DNA of 63,260 bases, counting the filler, from Reticulomyxa filosa (taxonomy: Eukaryota; Protista; Foraminifera), in assembly GCA_000512085.1 (NCBI GenBank). It is 12 parts of 12 records of this genome, joined end to end, with 100 filler letters (N's around TTAATTAATTAA, not from the genome) between each part and the next. Parts side by side here need not be neighbours in the genome. Positions count along the whole stretch, not along the records: positions 50,098 to 63,260 come from ASPP01032896.1; 11 more parts are not named here. The stretch is one strand, 5' to 3'. The notes below the pieces were generated by a model. The model was not told where the DNA came from. It did not search any database and worked only from the letters and a program-made list of their open reading frames with translations. The stretch's first letter is position 1. Each line of letters begins with the position of its first letter. Shown here piece by piece: positions 55,431 through 63,260 of the stretch. Position numbers and translations under genes: made by a program.

Positions 55431-56469
55431 TTGTTTGTGATGTGTTCGAGTTGAATTTGAGGCAAGACAACTAAAATATAAAAATTAAACAAATTTTAAT
55501 TATTTTTTTCTTAATGTAATTAATTATGTAAACAATAGCTCTTCAAAATCGTTCTTTATTTTTTTATGTTTGTGGTCGTATTTCATTGATAAAAAGAAAA
55601 TCAATAAGAAAGTTCACTATGTGTAGATTATTTTCGCAAAATTCAATGGAGCATTTTTTTTGAAGGTTTGGCAAGTAAATGAGATTACTAACTAATAAAT
55701 ATAGTGCCAAAGGTTCGCTGTGAATAAAAGTATACCAGCGTTCAATTCTGAAGTCCATTGAGGCATTTGGATTTGAACGCCAAAATTACTTTCATTAACA
55801 GCAAAATCTTTTGCTACATTTTCTTCTCCCTCATCAAAATTTTCAATTTAAACAAAGACCATAGTTGTGGATCTGCTTGCATCGGCTTGTTGTATTAAAA
55901 ATAAAAAATCACAACGTTTTCTTGGAAAAAAATTCACAAAAAATTGCTAGCATAAGATGGCAACACTATTACTTGGCTATTTGCAATTTGTACATACATA
56001 GGTAAAATTGATATTATCATACTGGTTTGAGTATTCTATCTTGTCCAGAACGAAAATCAACATGTATGTAATGTTGCAATTTTTAAAATTTTATGATCAA
56101 AATTTTAAAATTTTTTTAGATTAAGTGCTTCATCAAGAAATCACTCAACATTCATTTTTCCTTAAGCAATTCTTTAACGAAATTCGAGAGTAACAATATT
56201 TTGTCAAGTCAAAATTTGAGTTTTGAATTAAATAAATTATCTTCCAAATTTTCCTTTTCAAAAACTCAAACTAATTGAGCTCAACGTGATAGATAAAGTT
56301 AAACAAAATTATTGCAGTCAGTAACCAAAAACTAAAAAATTTGTAAATGTTATGCACTTGAAGTTAAATTTTTTAGGAATTGTTAAGAAAAATAAGAAAT
56401 ACAATTTTGAAAAAAATTGATTGTGGTGTAGTTACCTAAAATTGTTTTCGAAAGTAAATAACTTTTTTA

Positions 56470-58349
56470 CTAAAACTGTAATTCTTGATTATTAAGATCT
56501 GAGATTGAACCCTCTAAGCTGTTTGGGAGTTTGGAGTTTTTAGGACTTTTTTCATTATCTGGTTGTGAATTATCTGTTGAATTAGAATCTTCTGATCTTG
56601 TTGGTGATTTAGATGCAGATTGTGATCTTGTGTCCTCTCTAGGCTCTGGCGAGGGGGATATTGATTGCATATCTTTGTTATCCTTGCTACTATCATTACT
56701 CCCTTTTTTGGTAGCTATAAGTTTTCCAGTGAGAACGATCATTTTTAGCCCTTTTTTTTGTTGGAAAAAACTAACTTTGCTTTTGGACGGAACGAATCGA
56801 AGATCGACGCTATTCACCAAAAATGCTCTTGTTTGGTAAAAAAGATCAATATATTGTAAAAAAAAAATGAATGAGCTACGTTTGAATTGCTGGCAACGTC
56901 TTCCACCAAGTTCTCCAATGCATCTTCACCTCGTAACATTTTTAACTCTTCTTCTTTATATTTTTTTTGAACTGTTTTCAAATATTGCTCGTGTTTCAGG
57001 TGTTTTTGTTTTTCCTTATCATTGTATTTTTCTAATTCATTTTGCAAATAACATAAATTGATATGCTTATTTACCCACTCTTTGTATAGTGCTACATTTT
57101 TTATTTGTGTTTCTTCAAATTCTGCCATGAACGCAGGCTTTATATTTTTGACTGATTGCAAACGTTTTTGCAGTCTCTCCAACTCGTTCTCTTTTCGTGT
57201 AATTTTTCGCATTAAGTTTTTTCCATCCTTTTGATTTTGATATGTTTGAATACCTCTTCAATTATTTACATTTTAAAGTTTTTTAATAAAAAAATTTAAT
57301 GAAAAAATAATTTAGTCTATTTTTTCAAAGCTATTTTTTTATACCCGTTTTGAAAGCATAATGTGCACACATAAAAAATAACTTCATTCAATTGATCAAT
57401 ATTGTTTTTGGCAACATTGATTTTATCACACATTAAATTTATTTGATCATGGACAGCGTTTTTTATTTTGCTGTAACTATCATCACTTTCAAGATTATAA
57501 GATAGCTCATCCAAGAAATGGGCGACCTTGTTTCGATGTTTCTGTTTTTGTTATTGTAGTAAAAAAGTTATTGTAATAGGTCGTCAAATTATAATTTTTC
57601 ATTAGTTTGCGTGAGCTTACATGAATTGAATTTTCTTGTCCCAATAACTCGTGTAAACGAGCTCCTGTTTGCACGATAATACTTCCAATACCTTGTGCTT
57701 GCTTCAAAGTACTCAGACACTTTGATTGCTCCACTTCATCGACATTTGGTACCTTATTATTTTTTAAATTTTTATTTATAGCAGCTGCAAAATGTATATG
57801 TAATCAAACTTGTTGCTTGTTATCCATATTGCTTGCGGAATATAAAATTTTTGCTACTTTCAAAAGTTCTTTTACTGCGTAACCATCGCCTCCATATAAG
57901 GGCTTCAGCTTTAATTTTACTTCGATTTCTTTGAACTGTCAAGCATTTAAAAAAAGAACAAATGGAACAAATGCAGAAAGAGCAAAAAAACAAAATACAT
58001 ACAATCAGAGATGCCACTGATTTCAAAAAAAAGACGCGTTTCTTTTCAGTACTGATATCATCAGAAATATTCGCTGTAGGATCTATTCTATAATATGTTT
58101 TGCGCCGAAATGGGTATTTTTGTGATGAAAAACATAGAAAACGATGTTAGTGATACCGATTTATCATCCAGTAAAGTATATCAGCAACTAATTCGAAATT
58201 CGGTTTCCGAAAATTGTCCATTAAGATCAAACGATGATAACCCAATGACTTCATCATTTCGATAAAATCTGGATAAATAAAAACATTTTTCATAAAATAA
58301 CACAACTCATATATTGAATTCACTTACTTTTTATTTCACGAAAGGACAT
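56470..58349 (-). CDS. CLUAP1: Clusterin-associated protein 1 / intraflagellar transport protein 38
   Basis: MSFREIK|.FIEMMKSLGYHRLILMDNFRKPNFELVADILYW, DISTEKKRVFFLKSVA, LYGGDGYAVKELLKVA and ELERLQKRLQSVKNIKPAFMAEFE. Confidence 0.93.
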
Positions 58350-58726
58350 TTCCCAATAATAAAAGCAATTTTTGTATTCGCTGTTAACTCACAATTGAGA
58401 AACGTCACAACACTCATACTATCCAAGTTTTTTTTGTCCTTATCTTCAGAAATTGTGAAAGTTTGTCTACTGTGTCTAATACTTTTTTTTGAAATGAAAA
58501 ATATCAACCCATTCAAGTGATATTTTGCTGTTGCATTATGATCAACTTCTAGAATGAAATGCATTTTGATTGAAAAAAGTGAGTGTTATTACGCTGAGAT
58601 TTGTTTTTTGTCCTTGTTTGTTCTAATCTCAAAACAAATCATGTGGATGGAAACACGTATGTGTCCTTTTAAATTTAAAAGGCTGATAAAATTCAATTAT
58701 CACAAAATTGGCTCGGCTTTTTTTAC

Positions 58727-61700
58727 TCAAAGCTCGCCTTTTTCTGGATCATCAGTGGTTTGATCCGTATCTCCATTTTTGTTTGTTTTTTCAGCATCAT
58801 TAGCGTCAGTTGAGGATGTGAATGTATTTTCCTGGTCTTTTTGTTCGTCTTCGCTTTGTGGTTCATCTTCTAAAGTGTCGTTGGTTGTGCTTGTATCGTT
58901 TGATTTCGTTGCTGTGGAAATTTTTAAAAATCAATAATTTTGCAATATTTTGTTATTGCTGTCATAAAAAAAAAGAATATTTTAACTGTTGGCATTTTTT
59001 TCTTTTGCTTGTCTTTTTTTCTTAAAAAAATCAGGAGGTGGTCTTCTTGCCATCAATCTCTGCTCCATTTCCTGAACTATAGATATACGGCGCTCAATGT
59101 CTTTCACACTAAAAACCGGATCTTCTGTCAATGACCGTTCAGATTGCGATTCAATCTGATTGTTTAACCACGCTTCAACACTTTTCGTCAAATTGAATAA
59201 GACTTCTGTTTCATTGATAGGTATCCACGTGTAATTCTTTTTTAATATTTCGGCGGACTCATACAGTTTGTGAATGATTTTGCCAGCTTGTTTCACTGCA
59301 TTTGGTCTGTGTTCTAATTCTTTTGCTCTTGAGAAAATAGGATCACCTAATTGCTTCAACTCTTTCAATTTTTTTTTGAATACTTCCGTGCTTCTTTCAG
59401 TTACTGTTCATGTTAGCATTTTTTCGTATGACATTGCATTCATTTCATGATTATCGTGCGTTTATATTGATAACTTTTTTGCATACAAAACGTATTTAAA
59501 TATATACTGCACATATATACATTTTGTTGTACGTGCTTAACCTTCCCAAACCCATTCTTCGGCTTGAGACAGCGCGTCAAGGACTTCTGTTCTGGTCTCT
59601 TCTGTTGACACTTGTTCAACGTACTTATCTGACTGTAAAGCCATTCTCGACTCAAATATGTACGTTTCCAACATATTTTGGGCTTGGGCAGTGTCAAGGA
59701 CAGATTTATCTCTATCGTCCAACTCAAGTAGCACTTTGCGTGACGCATCAAATGCCTTGGTGTCGTACCATTTCACATCGTTGGGAGGATGGCGAATCAC
59801 GTGCAATTTGACGCGGTGTTTGCGTTCTTTCGTTACCAATTCTTTTACACCCCCATTCGGCTGTTTTTTGTTCCGCTTGCGAGGAGGATGCGGCAACATC
59901 ATCATGTGCTTCTTTATTTTCTTCTTTGTCTTTCTCTCCTTCCTCTTTTGATTCTCCCTCCGTTGAGTTGTTGTCATTCTTTTCTTTGTTTTCGGTTATT
60001 TCTCTCTGTGCATGCTTAGTCTTTTTCTCTTCCGTATAAACCTCAACGAACGTGGCAGTCGCTTGCACCAAGTCAACCAATCCACTATCGTCTAACAAAA
60101 ATGAAAGGCCCACCTTTGGCGGCTCGGTGACGTTGAAGTCAGGCAACGAATACTTTTGCACTGCGTGCTTAATTCCTGTCACTTCAAACCAGCCCAAATC
60201 AGAATTCGTGTCCAATGGTAACGGAGCTTCTTTTTCATAAAAAAGCGTCGCATGCAAGTCTTGTGTGTGTTTTAGTGCTACTGCACGTCGGCGGGATAAA
60301 TGGTTGTTCAACGAAAATAAGCTCCCACGTTTAGTGAACTCTTTCTCTTCTGTAGTCTGCGGATGCAAATTTTTCAAACGCACCCCGACTGGAAACGATG
60401 TTATGTCTTCCATGCCAATGTGCCGTACTCGAAATGCACTACTCAAGTTTGCAGCACGAAAGGCAGCACCCATTGCAGGCGCTTCTTCAGCGTTCAAATT
60501 TTCCTTTAAATGTCTGTCAGCAATCAACATAAAACAATTTTGTTTCGAGGAGAGGAAGAAAAGAAGAAGGGAGATTATGGTAAAACTAAAATTCAAATGG
60601 AAAGTAAGTCGAATTAAAATAAAAATGTTGCAGTATAGGATTTATTTGACAGAAAAATGTAAAATGAATATGAGAGATATTTTCTACCGACTTGCCTCTA
60701 AGATAATCTGTCAATATCTCTCGAATACGAGGAATGCGGGTACCTCCACCCAACAATACAATTCCTTCAATATTTTCTTTTTGGACATTGGCTCGAGTCA
60801 ATGCTTCGTCTATCGGTACAACAACTCGATTCAGCAGGTTCTCTGCACTTGCGAGGAATTCTTCGCGCGTAATTGTGTGTTTGAAGTCGATGTCACCGTG
60901 CAATCCTTCGACCTATTATAATTGGCAAACAAAAATTATATATATTTTTAAAAAAAAAAAAAAACAAATAAAGTTAAACGAAACGCCAACGACAGTGTCT
61001 TTGTTCGCGGACAATACTCTCTTAGCTCTTTGTGCCTCTTGTTTTAATCGAGTCATAATTTTGGGGTTGGTTGAGAGTGTGTTGACAACGGAAGCATCAA
61101 CTTTCTTTTTTTGTAACAGTGCAGTTGCTTTGTCCATCAATATATCAATAATCAACGAGTCAAATTTTGATCCGCCCAAGATTTCATCCCACCCTTGTCC
61201 AAGGACTTCAAAAGCGATCGTCGGCTTGCCATGTTTCGAAGCCTTGCTAACTTTCTGTTCGTACGAAAAAAACGAATGATATTAACTTGCGTCGATGTCG
61301 AGCCCATATTGTAAAATATGTATGTGTCACTGATGTTCGGATGATAGTCCATTGTTATTGCATATTGAATTGCAGCTTCAAGTGTTCCCATGTCAAACAA
61401 ACAAAATTAATTTTTTTTTTTTTTTGGAGACAGCCTAGCAAAACAAAAGGAAATACACATGCCAGCAGTATTCTCATTGATTACTCCGAGCACATTTAAT
61501 CCTGCCAAATAGGCAGCGTCTAGCAATGCACGACGCTCTTTGTAAGTCCAGAAATGGGGCACCTTTTTTGTTTTCATCCAATCAATACGAACAAGGAATG
61601 AATTAACAACACAGTACTAACAATAAAGGACAATAGCACTAAGTTTGTGGAGCAATGAAAGAGAAGTGACAAAGAGATATTTAAACTGTAATGACACAGT

Positions 61701-62478
61701 CAACGGCATCTGTACCAGTACTTCGAGCAGCAATGTCTTTAATGTGCTGCAATTTCATTGCGGTTATTTCTTCAACAGTGTATGACTTGGCAGTCAACAC
61801 ATATCCTTTTTCATTTGGGGTGTTCGATTGCTCATCTGATACTGCATCGATATATGGCGACTCATAACGAAATACACCACGGGCTTATCATGCAGGGTTG
61901 TTGAAAACAAATAGTTCTTGAACAACTCTTCGACCATTTGAGTACCATTATTTGGCTTTCCTAACAACCGTGTAAATTGTTGCAAAGACTTCAATGGGCG
62001 ACGTGCTACCTGCTCTTCCAATAAACACATATATTTATTTGTGTAATTCGCGTTGCTGCGTTTAAAATTGTTTACTTGAACGACACAACTTACACAAGTA
62101 GCATCACAACAAAAAAATCAGATGCTGTTTGAGTTTGTACTGATGACGTGTTCAAACTTAAAAATAGACACATCACCTACCAATGAAGAAGCCGATGTAC
62201 CGTACTGTCGAACGTCTTCATCAAACACGATCAAGTTGGGGTGTGACCTTTTGGAAGCTTCATCTAATACAATCTCAAATGTGCGACCAGGTGCAACAGC
62301 TGCGACCTTTTGTTTTTTATTTAAAAAATGAAGAAATGTCACACAACGGAAGAATTTTCCTTACTTTAATGAATTCAGTCCCAAGATCAATACCCAGCAC
62401 AGTTGATGTCACTGGTCCGAGAAGCAAAATCGCCACAATAAACAAAACTTTAAGAGTATTGAATGGATATAACTTCAT
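58727..62478 (-). CDS. HYOU1: ER luminal Hsp70-family nucleotide-exchange factor GRP170/HYOU1
   Basis: Signal peptide then VLGIDLGTEFIK; FEIVLDEASKRS; YNMGSTST; VLLGGGTRIP; LNAEEAPAMGA; NMLETYIFE; LGDPIFSR..RP. C-terminal KGEL*. Confidence 0.93.
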
Positions 62479-63260
62479 GGTAATTAACACGCTTGGAAGG
62501 AAAATTTTTTGTTGATATTCAGACAAAAACCTGTGTAAAACTTTTTAAGGTATGCACTCACAATTAACACTTTTATTTTTTTTCATAGAGACAATTCACA
62601 AGTGATTATATCCATAACTTGTAAAATTTAACTCTCTAAAGCAAAATTATAATCAAAAGTGCCAAACAAATGGATATTTAAAATATTACTTCATTTATAA
62701 GTGTGACAAAAATAAATAAAATATTCCCAAATAATTGTTCATAGTTATTTTTCATTGTAGTGCATATACTGCGTGATAGAATTATAATCGACTTTATTGT
62801 TTATTTAAAGATATTTCTTCTATTTTAACTTTAATTATCTTTTACATTTTTTTATATAATAGATAGCAAATACAAAGATCACTTCTGGAAAATCACGTAT
62901 ATCAGAAAAGGGAACATACGCTAATAAGGGTACATTGAAAAATATTGACACATAAACAAAAAGTTCAATTCGTTGAAGGGCAGTATATGTGTCAACAAAT
63001 TTTGGAGAATTTTTGTTTATTTCCAACTCTTTGGCCACTGACAAACACTAACACTGAGTATCCTACTGAAAAATTGTATTTGCGTTTGTTCTTATTTTCG
63101 GAGATTTTTCGTACAGTTGTTAGTTTTTTTTGCAAAATGTAGCTGTAATTGTACAATGTTTCATTAGTGTTACTTAATTTTCCTTTCGTTAAGTTTAATT
63201 TGACGTCAAGTTAAAATTTTGTAGGGCAAGCCCTTATCACACATGGCTGAACGCCTATGG

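Noticed and set aside
62835-63260. Minus-strand membrane-protein-like ORF at the window end
   Set aside because: Short, interrupted upstream by stops and truncated by the window; insufficient support.

Overview
AT-rich, intron-containing eukaryotic DNA. It is not one locus: 12 contigs are joined by 11 artificial 100-bp spacers (N44-TTAATTAATTAA-N44), so adjacency across spacers carries no meaning. Expanded WD40, PPR, TPR and 7TM-RGS families, many pseudogenes and short introns fit a rhizarian protist such as the foraminiferan Reticulomyxa filosa (inference, not verified). Recognisable genes: EXO1-like protein, TM RING-H2 E3 ligase, SWEET transporter, SR splicing factor, short RNase Z, calmodulin-like protein, PTH2, TPR protein, GH2 beta-glucuronidase, PPR protein, Kelch protein, GH31 sulfoquinovosidase-like enzyme, MKP-type phosphatase, an Hsp60 5' fragment, an RNF213-like AAA+ fragment, WD40 genes and a pseudogene, a C2H2 finger, RPS9, 7TM-RGS, CLUAP1/IFT38 and HYOU1. 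One Tc1 (DD34E) transposon family, absent from the ORF track, occurs as two decayed copies plus a complete 504-bp MITE. Main leads: an EXO1 lacking key catalytic acids; a SWEET with both essential Asn replaced by Ser and a presequence-like N-terminus; a secreted SQase-like enzyme; a long structured intron in the SR gene; G-to-A/C-to-T decay of repeated genes; atypical splice signals; and several unexplained hairpin elements. Exon boundaries were read by eye, and several genes carry single-base frameshifts that are probably assembly errors. No single new multi-gene system could be demonstrated.
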